Origin: Takakia lepidozioides
Taxonomy: Eukaryota; Plantae; Bryophyta
Direction of reading: 5' to 3'
Length of the DNA: 64,000 nt
Assembly (NCBI GenBank): GCA_030704615.1
Contig: CM060732.1
Span: 55,552,001-55,616,000 of the forward strand
In this document: positions 12,901 through 26,260 of the stretch, one piece after another
How positions within the stretch are numbered: position 1 is the stretch's first letter
How the letters are laid out: every line of letters begins with the position of its first letter
Made by a program: the position numbers and the translations under genes
Notes under the pieces: model-generated
The model's input: only the letters and a program-made list of their open reading frames with translations
What the model was told of the DNA's origin: nothing
The model's database searches: none

Positions 12901-14925
12901 AGAGGTGAGGAGAGAGTGTTGAAATTTCAGACCCGGGTGGGGGGAGAAGAGGTTGTGACTGGAATGTAAGGTGGTCCCCAGTCTAAGTTATGTGGCAGTA
13001 CCAAAAGTCTTGGTCACCTCCCTCCCTCTCTTTCTCCCTTTTGTTCTGCCCAAACTCCTGAACTAATTGTTCCTATCGAGGTAAATCCCACTGGAGTGAG
13101 CCCTTGTTCCGCCCAAACTGGTTGCGGGGTCTATGGCCACAAGGCCACAACAACGTCTCATGAATACATTACCTCTGTTTGTGTGTGGCTTTCCTTCCAT
13201 CTGACAGACCATTCCACCGTGGGGCACCGGGAACAAACATACCTGTAAAGCTCGAAAGAAGCTCAGTTTGAACTGAAGGCGAACTGGGTCACCAGAACAA
13301 GCTCGTGGTCCATAAATATTGAACAAGACTGTACACAGAGTGACAAGATATTATCAAGCTATGTACATCATAAGAAGAGCATACTTAGAGGACACAGATT
13401 CACGAAGTAAAGTCCCAGTTTTACAAATAAGGAACACTCACCAAAAGATCCATGGTCCGTAACCAGGCAGCGACCCTCACTGTCCAAGCACAACAGCTCC
13501 TGTCTGGACAGATCCTCCATTGACAGCACCTCCTCGTAGCAACCAACACGCGCCTTCCCACCCTCGATCTCCCCCGACCGTGAAGCATGCAGGAGACCTG
13601 GGACATAATTTTGCTTGTCACAACAGTAACTTCATGCAGATGAGGATATTTCCCATGCCCTCTACCCTCTGGGCTCCAAGGAACAGACACTGGCACAAGA
13701 CTAGAGCTGCAATATAAGAATGAGTAATATGGTCAGATGAACGGTGGTGTGCCCTACTAGGCTTTTCACTACAGCTGATTCCGTACAAAGGGTATGAAAT
13801 GTTGCATAACGTACACTCTCCATCACCATTCTTTGCCTTTAATACAAAAAGGCCTCATTGTGGAGCCTGTTTCCTGGTGTCCCAGGCATGCCTCTATTTT
13901 CAGTCTGTTTGGCAGCTTGAGGCCATGCTATCTCTTTGCACATTGCCCATCCGGCATACTTCCCTGAAAATGGTAGAGATCATACCTGTGAAGCCTTCAT
14001 CTGCAGCAAGAGGCAATGAAGCAGCTGTACTGGATGGCTCCTTTCGAACACAGCAGAATGTTGCAACTCCTACCAGTAGGAAATTTGGGTTCAAATTGTA
14101 AGAAAACTTCAGCCACATACCTATTCTGAGTTTACATCATGGTTTCAAAGAGAGAGACCAATGCATCATTATTAAATCTGGCTAGTCAGACTTCCAGCTG
14201 ATGCCAGGTAATTCCATATTGTGGCTCAAGGAGGCCAGTAAAGAGGAAAGAATAGCCTAAGAAGTCCCACTCACTTCACCCTCTCTCCAATCACACAAAA
14301 AAATATAGCAGAATGCACATTTTTCAAAATTCCTGGTTGAGACACTGGAACTTACAGAGGACTACATAACCAACAATTCAAAATCAGCAATAAGTGACTT
14401 CAGGACATTGGCAGCTTTCCCCTTCTCCTAGTCTCATTAAATTGATCATGTGCTCATTGAATAAAAGCCGTTCATGTGATTGTAATTCTACTGGAAGAGA
14501 GAAATGAAATCTCATAGGCTCACCAGAGTACCCAACACGGCCTTTCTTGACAGTGCGAGTGCAGGAGAAAAAGGACTCATAACCTTCCACTACTGCTATG
14601 TCTGCCGTCAGCTCTTGCCGGGATATCTTTGTCTCCTGCATCCCTCCAGGCCTAAGTCAGTACATATATAAAGGGGACATTAGGTTCCAAGGTCAACACT
14701 GACCTCTTACGACCTCTTACCGACCTCTTTTCCACAGAAAGAGAGAATACCTTTCTCCATCCATCTTAGCCAGTTGCTAGCAAATCAAAACACGTGCTTA
14801 TGACAGGGGATGCGAACCTGAAAGCAAATGATGTCCCCATTCAATGAATCGAGAAAGGCCGCGAGATTGCGTGTTGGAGAGAGGCGGGCCCTCAAGCCAT
14901 TCACATTGTATGTAACTATCCGCAT
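6909..14925 (-). CDS. APE2: AP endonuclease 2 (ExoIII/EEP domain, PIP box, Zf-GRF). Exons 14925-14818, 14635-14524, 14069-13986, 13597-13442, 13328-13243, 12762-12647, 9885-9805, 9660-9460, 8670-8519, 8261-7243, 6986-6909
   Basis: The spliced translation gives [61 protein letters not shown] and GSDHAPV, then the PIP box QRNLRSFF and the Zf-GRF ([27 protein letters not shown]). All introns are GT-AG and phase-consistent. Confidence 0.95.
9990..12270 (+). mobile_element. Decayed RTEX-like LINE (family B) in APE2 intron 6, antisense to the gene, with an internal inversion at ~10883-11118
   Basis: RT motifs on + ([21 protein letters not shown]; GIAQGCTL; IKPTLEY), the YADD-region segment on - ([19 protein letters not shown]), and the C-terminal [14 protein letters not shown] motif. 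The 3' part is homologous to 39036-39270. Confidence 0.85.
13036..13175 (+). mobile_element. Family B LINE 3'-tail fragment(s) in APE2 intron 5
   Basis: 'ttgttc.gcccaaactg..cggggtctatggccacaaggccaca.caacgtct.atga' matches 38954-39010 and 39283-39350. Confidence 0.75.
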
Positions 14926-16611
14926 ATTGCTGCAGCATCTCCAACTCCCTGCCTCCACAGTCCTTACCTAAGGGCTGCAAGCAACTAGTGAACATCATCA
15001 GGCAATCAATCAGCTTCATGAATTCAGTCCAAACTTCCATCACAAATTCCATGGGGGAAACTTGTGCGTAAAAATCAAGTGATCAACGCTTGACAGCGAG
15101 TGAGAACCTCAGCTAACTCAGTCAAATGCACCTGTTACTAAGAAATACTCAAGTGCTCCAGCTTCGGCAATGTACTGCAACCGTTTCTGGCCCACGTTTT
15201 CTGTCAGAAGCATGCGGAAAATCTCTCATTCCAGTCAAAAGTCAGTTAACTTCCAAAGTATACGCTCTCTTCAGCCAGAAGTACGTATACACTATGACAC
15301 TCAGCAAAGACGAGTGCACGCATGCTCACAGGAAAGATACATGAAATGCTCACGATACAATAGCTGACAGCAAGCCACATATTCCCATTGCTTGGCTGAC
15401 TCAAGACTACCTGAGAAGTTAGAGCTGGAGGCCATCGCAGCTGCTTGCCACAGCTCCGTATGTCCATTCAAAATTCATGGACACATTTTCTGCTAATTCT
15501 TGACACGGATTCATGAAAGTTTACTTATTGAAAGTAAAGTTTGTCTACTGAACAGCGAGATTGAAATTAGACAAGTTTTCAGATGATCTGTCTGCCTCTG
15601 ATAAAGGAGAACAAGCTCCCACAACTCCATATGGGGTCCACAATCCGCACACCACGACACAATTTCTTCATCTTCTCTACGGCTACAAAGCACACTTCAG
15701 CCAAACAAATCAGGGTTGGGGTTTCTGGTTACGCCTAACATAATCACGTCTTACAGCTCGGTTAACTCTAACGATTGCATTCCATATCTATCCTTCAGTC
15801 AACGAAATAAACCAAAGGAGAAACAGATAAATCTACGGTAACAATGTCGGATTTCCGGATAATAACTTTTCGCGAGACCCAGTGGTACATGGAACTGCAT
15901 CCAACGGTATTATTAGAAAAACTCTACGGTTAAATTATCGGACCGATGGATAAAAAAAGATGGTTGTGACGTGTTTCACACCTTAAGTACACGTGGACCA
16001 ACATCCGCAGCTACAATGTAAACTTACCTATAAGCAGGTAGTTTATTGTGTACACTCGTTGGGACTGGTATTGCAAAGGTCTATCTGTAAGTAAGGAAGG
16101 TGCGTGGTGCTGAGTCTGGCAGGCATGGCGATGAGAGTGTGAGCTCAGTTTGATCTTTGAATTTGAATGTTTGCTCACAGATCTGTACAGTGTGCTGCCT
16201 TGATCTAAGAGGGATACTGCAATTGGAGAATTGTCTTTGTATCGTAATTGATCTCCGCCCGCAGGCCGACTTTCAATCCGTTCCATGCATCTCTCTATCT
16301 TCGTAAATCCACACTGTTTAGTTGAGACTGGGGGTCACATGCCCTCGTAGACGTAAGACTTTTCTTTGTTTCTTTCTCTGTATCATTCTCCCACACACAA
16401 TTGACATTCACGTAGCTTCTCTTTTGTTTCCTATTCCTCTTTTGTATTACATATCAGATAGTTATATATCTTGGTCTGTACAGGAACGTAGAGCTAGTTG
16501 AAAATTCCATATCAAGTACGTATTACAAAGGGTGCATAGCCGTGCTCATCAAAGTCTAGAGAAAGGCACAATAGTGCGTGAGGCTCTGTGTGAAGTTTTT
16601 GTGTAAAGGCG

Positions 16612-19600
16612 ATGGCGTGTTGTGCGTCGCTGTTGCTGCAACCATTCAAGGAGTTCACTGGCAGCTTATCCCCTTCTTCGCAAATCGCCCAGTTGAGTTC
16701 CAGAAGCGTACAAATGAATAATGGCGGTGGGAGCGTAGTAATTCGGGGCCTTTCAGCTTCTCATCTCATGAACTCAAAGGAAGGTTGCCGCATAGAAGAT
16801 GGAGGATTGTTGAGGTTGAAACAAACAACAAGTACGAAAAGTAGGTTCTTCGGGGAATCTGCATCTACCACAAGTAATTCGCTGCTTTTGTCACCCTCAA
16901 TCTCTGTTGCAAGGCCTGCATTACACGTCTCCAGAAGCCGCTTTAGGCGCCAAGCAATAGCTGACCGAGGCACTAAGACTGTCACCGGAGCGGAGGAGGC
17001 AGGTGGTAGCAGGAAAGAAGACTTGTTGATAGAGGACGTTGGGAAATTGAAGGACAAAGTGGAGTATGACTGGGAAAAGGAATGGTATCCGATGTATTTG
17101 AGCGACGAAATGCCTCAGGATTCCCCTTTGGGCCTAACCGTTTTTGATCGGTCTGTTGTTCTTTATTATGATGGAAAGGGTGTGCTTAATTGCCTTGAAG
17201 ACCGCTGCCCACACAGGTGCTGTCTAAGTTTCCCATGTCTTTGGAACCTGGCTTCTTCCTTCTCTATGAACTACATCTGGTGTCTCATGGATCTGCAAGA
17301 GTCAATCTCAATGATCTTCTTTCTGTCTGTATTGCTGATTAGGCGGCTTGTGGTTTGTTCACAGTATTTCCTGTGTACAAGCTAACAAAGTGGAGCAGGG
17401 CTTTGGACTAACAGGTCAGCCAAACTATCAGAAGGGCAGGTGACTGATGGCAGGCTGGAGTGTTTGTACCATGGTTGGCAATTTGAAGGCGATGGTGTTT
17501 GTGCCAAAATCCCTCAGGTCCGTAATCCCTCTTGTTATTGGACAATTATATGTCCATCATGCTGGGATCTGTTACATGTATAAGAGTTTTGCATAGCTGG
17601 GGCCTTGAGAAGGCATTATGATTATTTTCTGGACTGGAGAGTTGCTGAGATCTCCTACCATCTCTCTGCTAGCACGGGTGGATGCATTTGAAACAAGAAG
17701 AACAATGACTTTTTTGGAGCCAGCATTACCCCAGTGCCCCCTCAACCGCTATCCTTACTGCCTTAGGAGGTTCACTTCATAATACCTACACACTATGCGC
17801 AACAGCCCTGGCCATTTTGTTGTTCAGTTATTCCCTAGAGGCTTTGAAACCCACAACTGGCCTCATCTTAGCCCACAAATTAGCATTTTTTCCTACATAG
17901 TGTTCATTGGTGATGAAACAGGGACCAGCTTCAGTGTGGTCACAGTGCCCTAACTACTGAGGAGGGTGGGGAGAAAATACTTAGGGGAGGGACCAGAGAC
18001 AATTCTGTGGAGTTCATGCATATGATTGCTGAAGATCACTTGACAAACTTTACAGACGAGTATGTGAATACATGTGGCATTGTTGAAATTGTGTGGTTCT
18101 TCAAATGCAGCTGCCATCAGGAGCTAAGATCCCGAAGGCCGCATGCGCACGCTCATATGCAGTGCAGGAATCACAGGGTGTGATATGGGTGTGGTTGGCT
18201 GACAAAGCAACAGCTGACCCAAAAAAACTCCCCTGGTTTGAGCACTATGCCAGAGAGGGCTTCCAGCATATTTCCACGATCCATGAGCTGCCCTACGACT
18301 ATTCCATCCTTCTGGAGAATCTCATGGACCCAGCACATATCCCCATCTCACATGACCGCACTGATTTGTCTGCCAAGCGTGAAAATGCACAAGCCCTGGT
18401 ATGGAGGCATTATCCAGTTCCACCATTACAGTGTCAGCAGGATCCCATGATAAATTCTCGCTGCACTGTGTTCTGGTATTGCTGGAGGGGATGCAACTGC
18501 ATTGTTCCATCTGTTTAAGCATATTATAAGAGGAGGGTGGCTAGCTACTTGCCGATTTATTGACCATTTGGCATCTGCCGAAAGGATCTTTCCTTCCTTG
18601 CCCAGGACAAAACCTTCACCGTATATATCACTTCAATAGAGGATTGTTATATCACCATTTTGTATTCAATTAGTCAGGTGGTCAACAATGACACCCGCCT
18701 TGCAAGGCATGAATGGTGAAGACCTCCTGCCCATGAGTAAGGTTTGAATCCCAGGCAGTAGTAAAATTGCTTTATCTCATCTTTTTTGTTGTCGTCACAT
18801 TATTATTATCAGTGATCTCCACCATCATCTTTAGCTTCATCATTGTTAAGAGGGCTTTGGCTTTATATATTCTGAATTCACTTTGGTGTACCTAATCGAC
18901 CCAGCCCATTGCATGCTTGGTATTTGATTGACAGGTCTTTGACGTCACAGAGCGCACATCCCGTGGATTTGCAGGGAAATGGGGGGAGATTAGCAGCCCG
19001 GTCCTTTCCAATACAACCCGATTTGAGGCCCCTTGCTGCCTGCGGAATGACAAAGAATTTGTTAATAAGGAAGGGAAAACAGAGTACTTTAGTGCCCTTT
19101 TCCTCTGCCGACCAGCTGGGCAAGGAAAATCCATGCTAATTGTGCGCTTTGGGGGTACCAATTTTGGTTCACGGCTCAAATGGATCCCACCCTGGATCAT
19201 CCACAAGACCAGCAACACTGTTTTTGAGCAAGATATGGGGTTTCTGGCATCTCAAAATGAAACATTGATGCGAAAGGGAGTTGCCACCAAGGACCTTTAC
19301 CTCAATCTCAAGTCATCAGATACCTGGGTTACAGAATACAGAAAATGGCTTGACCTTACAGGTCACGGCATGCCATACTACTTTGGCCACCGTACATTTT
19401 CCCTGCCGACAACAGCTGCAATTTTCGAATCTGCACCAGCAGGACCAGTCGCGGCAATAGCGTCCTCCTACCCCTCAAAGGGTTCCTTTGGGTTGATGTT
19501 TTCCAGGGACCCAACCAATCGCTACTTTCGGCATGTCGTTCACTGCAAATCCTGCCTGGGAACCCTCAACAGCTTCAAAAAGTTCCAGAAGGTAAGGCTC

Positions 19601-20058
19601 TTCCCCATTGGCTTCGTATAGAACTAGTGCTTGTCCTCTGTATGTGTACAATAAAGCACTGTAGATTCACTCTGACTCTCTCTTAGGGGCATCTGTGAAC
19701 ATACTAACTCTGAGACCTTCCTGCTGGTCCGTTGTGGAATGTATCTATTTGCATAACTACTCAAAGATTTACTTCAGTACAAATGAGGACAGAACAGGTA
19801 CCGACTTTGATTCCCTTGATTGCTTTCGACTAATCTAATAACTCCAAGTTACTGATGTTTGTTGAGACTCTATCGATTGGGGTATAGGTCTCACTGGTCG
19901 TTGGAGCCCTCGCCACAGGTGTAGCTATTACACTTTCTACCAGCATGTGGAGGTTAGCCTTTGTCGTACTGACGCTGCTCATGTTTGCTAGTGCCTATGG
20001 CTTCCAACAAGGAATCGGTTCTCTTACCCAGAATTTTGTGAGAGCCCATCGCAAGTGA
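16612..20058 (+). CDS. TIC55: Chloroplast Rieske non-heme oxygenase TIC55 (PAO family). Exons 16612-17216, 17415-17517, 18111-18398, 18935-19591, 19888-20058
   Basis: Ser-rich transit peptide, YDWEKEWYP, Rieske DRCPHR..LECLYHGW, mononuclear Fe site ENLMDPAHIPISH, RHVVHCKSC (CxxC), and two C-terminal hydrophobic helices. Confidence 0.93.
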
Positions 20059-23003
20059 GGCATATTTCTTTGTATAGAAAGAATTTATGAGGATGCCAGA
20101 GAGCCTACAAAACTTGGAATGGAGTGTTTGTATTCGGATTTTGGACGTACAGCATTGGCTATTGATAACCTCCTAAAGCCAGCTGAATGTCATCTGTTTT
20201 GAGGAATTCTAAGATTTGTCTTGTCAAATGCACATCCAATACTGTACATTGCTTTGTTAATCTCTATTGCTGGCACAATTTGTGTACTAGCTCTGTTAAC
20301 CTGAACCCAACCTGAACCCAAAAGCCTTGCTGGGGTCTGTTAGTGAAATTCGATATCATTCAAATCCAGCCCGGAGCTGGCACTGACCGTGTTTATTTCT
20401 GAGCTTTAGGGTGGGCGGGATTGCAAAAAGACGAAAAAAAGCTTATTAGAGACAAGTAGGGGCATACAGGCAAAATTCATGTTTATCTTTCGCCGGTATT
20501 CTCATGGGCACCACAAGTGTCCTCCATGCCAAGGGTCTAAGATCAGAGGTAAAGTACTCCGGGCAGGATCTTCACCAGGTGTTTTAAAAATATGCCTGAG
20601 TTTGGGCTCTGGCGAGGGCAAAAGCTGAAATATGACATTCTATTGTATTTCTTGCAGGGCAGAAACATGAAGTGGGGTTTTCCGGACAGGAAGATACTCA
20701 ATTTCAGCCAGATTTTAACGACAAGGCATGTTATACCCGCAGTAATGATTATGGGTATCAATATATGTACCTGCCGAACATAATTTTTCCGTATAACCGT
20801 CTTATTACCTTCAATCTGCAGACATTTGATTTCTAAAAAACATTGCGACAACCGCCACTCAGTGTGCCCAATGTCAATCTTGTTAACCTTGGTGCACATG
20901 GTATTATCTTCTGGGATGGATGAGCCTAGCTTGATGGGAGGTTATTTTGATAGAGGTCAATTTTTCCTTTCACTGTACATAATTGAGGGGCCTGCTTTAG
21001 GAGCAGACAGAGTGCAGGTGTTCCCCTTTCTACAAAATGATAATAATGAAAAAAAATTATCGTATCTTATTGAAAAGCATTACTGAGTGGCAGCAGAGAT
21101 ATGCTCACCTTGATTGATACTACCATTGCAAAAAAGTGATGCCACCCAAGAAGGTTGAAGATGATAAAGGAGTTTGTTGAAGCTTGCCGATTGTGCAGCC
21201 AGGTCTCCACTGGAGAAGATGGTTCTAAATTCTAATAAGGTTTTGGAGAAGGGACGATGGCCAGCCTATATTGAAAGATGATTTCTGACAGTTTGTTACC
21301 AGTTGTGGATGATCAATCTCCAACCCGTTGTCCGTTTGCTGTGTACAGTACGTGGGGGTCTGTGAGCAAGTCTCGTGTCTCCACCGACCCGCCATGGAGC
21401 CTAGGATGTAAGGAGTTTTTGCTCTGAATGGGACAGATGACGAACTGTTATTGCTCAAATTCTAACTATACTTTATAAGAATCTTATTTCCTTTGCGCTT
21501 GCCTCAATTCCACCGTATGAGCACACTCGAGGCATACTCACTACAACTGGTCAAGATATCCACTTGAGCCAATTCCAGGGCATCTGAACCTCTGCATCTG
21601 GAGGCTCACAAAAATGCAGTCACCCGCGCGCAAGATTTTGTCATTCATGGGTGCACCACTCCTTCCCCTTTGAACACAAGCGATGACAGCTTTTAGAACT
21701 CATGAATATAACCGAAGTAAACTTGCACTAGGCTTGATGTACACTTGTATACACATACCAGTGAATCTTCATGGAGTACTAATCACTGTCCAGAACCTCT
21801 ATTGAGACACTTCTGTAAAACCAAGTGTCGGAAGACCTGATGGAGTAATTTAAGTTTCGTTCAATCATTTTATACAGTCGTCTGAGCACTATTGTCACTT
21901 TCGAACGTTGATACCTGTGTCATAAGCAGAAGTCTCCAATGCAAAGAGTTTACATGCCATGCTTTTTGTTGACTGGACTGAATGATGTGAGCAGATAAGA
22001 CGCTTGGACAGACTCATCTGGATCTACCTAGCAGCGATCAAAGTTGCGGCTGTCTGCCCGCAGTTGCTCTGCAGAGGAAAACCCAGTGGCTGGAGAGAGA
22101 GAAAGCTCGTTCGAACGAAGTCAACAAGAGAAACTTCATAGCTCGAACTTTAGACATCTGACTTGTAAACGGTCCACATATATCAAATTAGAGATCGTGT
22201 CCCAGAAACTCTGAGGAGGGGAGGGAGCAATTTATGAGTCCGGCAACGCCCTCGCCCCAGCTTGATCACTCCAACCCAAGGCTTCACCAAGTCTGAACAG
22301 TTATCCAGTTTCGCAGTTGGGTCCAGGTCCATATATATAATGTTGCCCCAGGATCTTTTCCTTCAAGACGAAAAAGAAAGTCCTGTACACGTATAGTACC
22401 ATTCATCTGAACGCACTAAAAGAAAGGGAAGAAGGAAAACTGTCCTAGGTGGTGACTAGTGACAAGACTGGCCCCAAGCAGCAGCTTAGCTGCCCCAGGG
22501 TTTACTCTTTGTTTTGTTTTTGGTAATGGAATTTCCGTGGTGAAAACCCTCTCACTACAAGACAAGGAGGGATCTGGCATGCATAAAGCTTACATCGCAT
22601 TCTGCAACAAAGTCCAGCGTTTGGGATGTTCACGGCACACTACAGGTCACTTGACTTTTCGTAAAGGACTCCCGACGCATGCTTTGATACCTGCCAGCCC
22701 CTCTTGGCAACTACCCAAAAAATTTCCAAGTTTGCCGGGACAACAGGACAACGTCCGTCCAGAAGATGACAAAAGTCTTTCATATAAAATTTAAGTTGGT
22801 TGAGCGATGGTGAGCGACTTGGTTTCGCACAGCGCCTCGGTGGACTTGCGGTGAAAATGGTTTCTCATCAGCAGCCTGTCTGTTTCTTATCCGAAGTTGC
22901 TAAGGCTGGTACGCTCTTCCCACTGTAGAGTCTGTACAGCACGACAAGACAATCAACCCACACTCTGGCGCTAATGTCTATGAATCAGAAATTATTACAG
23001 CAG

Positions 23004-23520
23004 GTGGATGAAGTAGGTAGCCTGCCTTTCATATTTTCATCCCTGTGGATGTTTGTTTGCTGAGAAATATACCCTCGTCCCCGAGGGTATGGTCTGTTTT
23101 GGAGTGGGCCCACCAAAAACAGCCTCCTCCATCAATATATGAAGCAAGATGTTTGCTTTGTTGGCTGTCTTGTAGAGAGAGACTTTGCAACATGTTCAAG
23201 TCAAGGGAGCAAATGTGGTCAAAGGACCTTACACCATGTCAAGGCTCCATTGGTGTGTTGTGCTTGGTGTGTTGTGCTGAGTCATGCTCCCTAATCTTAC
23301 CTTCCTCTTATGTTTTGCCAAAAAGAGCCCATTGCCTTTTAGGCTTGTTTTGTTTTGTTTTGTCACTTTAATGAGATGTCCCAAACCAAGAGGACCCAGC
23401 CATGGTGCTTGGTCTCATTGGAGAGCCCTCGATGAGGATGAGGAGGGGTGCATAGGCTTGGTCTCACAATTTTTGGACCTGCAGTGTGGGAGATGCTGAA
23501 TTTTAAGTACTTTTGGTCGC
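23004..23520. repeat. Composite of dispersed repeats: rearranged piece of the piggyBac-like MITE (23004-23133), a repeat shared with 45927-46090 (23140-23345), and a repeat shared with 3700-3838 (23345-23470)
   Basis: Direct pairwise similarity by eye to 58100-58250, 45927-46090 and 3700-3838. Confidence 0.7.
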
Positions 23521-23570
23521 TGGAAATTCACAGAAAATAGCAAAGTGGACTTTTTTGGGACAATGATTGG

Positions 23571-25341
23571 AGCCTCGACCGGAGAGATATCTAGGAAAAG
23601 GTCTCCAATTCAAATTTGGTCGGCGGTTATGTGTAGACTTAAATGACTTAGATAACATTGGACACTTGGGCCAATGGCAGAGGGCGATATATCAATATGA
23701 TTGGATATATTACTACTCAATAAATTCATGGAAAGAAATAAATGGGGCCTTTATATGGGAATAAATTGAAAATAAATGAACTGGGCCTTCACATGGGCAC
23801 GTACTTGGATACATAAGAGACGCGCTGAGATACATAAAAGATCTTATACTTGGCTTAGATGACGCTGGATACTTGGGCCAGTCGTCCCTCGCCACGCACA
23901 CCCACATGGGAGAGGTCAAGGGTTCAAAACCACCTTCCACTCCCTTTTATTTGTTTCGTTTTTCTTGACCCATGCCGCCGCCACGTGGCCAGGCGCCGCT
24001 TCATGATTTATAAAAACAAAACGACCGCCAAACGGCGGGTCCCTGGATTTCCAAAAAAAAAAAAAAAATCTGACGATCGTTATATTTATAAAAACAAAAG
24101 GAGCGACCACCACATGGCACTCCCGCATTTTTAAAATATATATTAAATAAGCGACCGCCGTTTGGTGGTCGCTTAATTCAAAGATTCCAAAAAAAAAAAA
24201 AAAACGACCGCCACCAAATGGCGTTCGCTATAGTTTTATTAAAAAGAAAAACAACCGCCACATGGTGGTGGCTGCATTTTTAAGAATATATTAAATAAGC
24301 AACCGCCGTTTGGCGGTCGCTTAATTCAAAATTCAAAATTTAAAAAAAACGACCGGTGCCAAATGGCGGTCGCTGCATTTTTTTTAAATATATTAAATAA
24401 GCGACCGCCAAACGGCGGTCGCTTTATTTAAGAATCAAAATCAAAATAAGCGATTGCCGCCAAATGGCGGTCACTATATTTTTTATTAACAAAAAATATT
24501 TTTATTAATAAATTTTAGTTTTTAAAATTTTATTAAAGAAGCGGTCGCTTTATTTTAAGAATAAAAATAAAAATAAGCGACTGCATTTTTACAAAATATA
24601 TTAAAGATATAATAATAATAATATAATAAACTGCGAGCGACCGCCAATCTAGGCGGTCGCTTAATTTAAAACATAATAAATTTCAAGTGACCGCCAATAT
24701 AGACGTTCGCTTATTTTAAAATATAATAAAATACAAGCAACCGCCAATATGGGCGGTTGCTTCATTTATAAATTAATAAATAACTGGCGACCGCCAATAT
24801 AGGCGGACGTATTTTTTAAAAATAATTAATAAATATTAATAATTGGCCACTTCTGTTTTACACTGTGGCTGCCATGTCATTAAAAAATGTAGAAGTAATC
24901 TATAAAAATCAAATGTAGAAAATATTACATGGATAAACATCCGGATTGGTCAGTGCCACGTCACGTCAGGAATGATAACTAGGAATTTATTTTTATTTCT
25001 ATTTTTCATGACTAATTCATGGCAAAAAGATGTTGGTTCTAGCTGTGTTTTGTATGTCGGCAATGCTCAACGGAGCTCAAGCACAAGGTGACCCGCATGA
25101 AGTGAGTAAGCGTCTCCAATAGTTGGAAATTGTTACGTCTTTACCAATCAAGGGCAGTACATGAACACAAGATATATATTGCAGATATTCCTATATAGTT
25201 GTGTCCATACGGCACCAACTCCCCGTCGACTAAATAATAGTTGAGATATACATTTAGGCAACGTCGACGGGGTGTTGATGCCATATAGTTCAAAGACCCC
25301 TACCATCCCTAGAGCCCCAATCTCTCCTGGTGGCCAAGGCT
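23571..25341. mobile_element. Putative non-autonomous DNA transposon with degenerate TIRs (AGCCT...AGGCT) and an internal palindrome array
   Basis: Left end 'agcctcgaccggagagatatctagg' versus right-end reverse complement 'agccttggccaccaggagagattggggctctagg'. The TSD could not be resolved. Confidence 0.45.
23974..24812. repeat. Array of ~16 GC-rich palindromes (consensus AAGCGACCGCC-N4-7-GGCGGTCGCTT) at ~50-bp period with A/T spacers
   Basis: Units read at ~24020, 24101, 24149, 24204, 24251, 24297, 24348, 24399, 24448, 24539 (half), 24575 (half), 24635, 24685, 24735 and 24787, plus a degenerate unit at 23974. Confidence 0.9.
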
Positions 25342-26260
25342 GGTTGTATGGGACTGTCGGTTATGAATTTTCTAACAGATAGCCAAGTATTACATATAAC
25401 CAGAATGCAGGCAAATTTTCGTAAATTAACATTTACAAGAGGCACAGTAAACCAGGTTATGCCAATGAAATATAACATTTAATCTTTGACTAGGTTGGAA
25501 ATATGAAAGAATGTCGGTTTGTCGAGAAGTAGAATGTCTAGCTAAAATCACTACCTTTTGGATTGCTAAACACTTCACAAGAGTGTTTCACGAAGAGCGG
25601 TGCTAAAAATGAGAGTTAGTGGGAAGGACTCTCCGACAATCCTTTTATCCTAGGTTGTGCCCCACCATCTGCCAGTATATTTGTTTGTAAGTTCTGCAAG
25701 GTAGCCCCCTCCTGCATTGCACATTGCCCTGTTCGCATGTACTACATTACTCACTTATAGAGACGTGCACCTCAATTGGAGCTGCGTACTGCAAGCGCGG
25801 AGAAGAAGTGGGATCTTTCATAGTAATGGTTTTTTGTATTAGGGCCGATGATACCATGAATAATAATGCAAAATACGATGTAAGTTTCAATGTGACGAAT
25901 GTTGGTGGGATTTTGGTGTGGCAATGGTGTTGACTCACTTTGCATGAATCTACGCTGGTACATGCTGATGGTGAGGAGGTTGCGGATCAAGAATTTGCAG
26001 TCAGAGGCAGGAAAATGCTCAAGTGAAGATCCAAGTTCAATTAGACAACTAATTATTTAGTATGATGCGTGTATCCACGTCGGTGCTCATATACAAATGC
26101 AATCGCATACTGTTGCATCCATATGCAGCTACAGCTATGAAATTTCATTACTCCCTTTTCAGGGTTTAGGGCAATGTGTATGTTTGTGATGAGGATCTTG
26201 CACACACACACACATAAAGATAACATGTTTTCCCTGAAAGCACAAAAAGTGTATGTACTT

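Noticed and set aside
13598-13706. Longer APE2 exon 4 using the AG at 13707
   Set aside because: It introduces an in-frame stop; the acceptor at 13598 restores the conserved frame.
23974-24812. CRISPR array
   Set aside because: Eukaryotic context with no cas genes. Spacers are low-complexity A/T tracts that recur in a higher-order pattern, and the repeats are degenerate.
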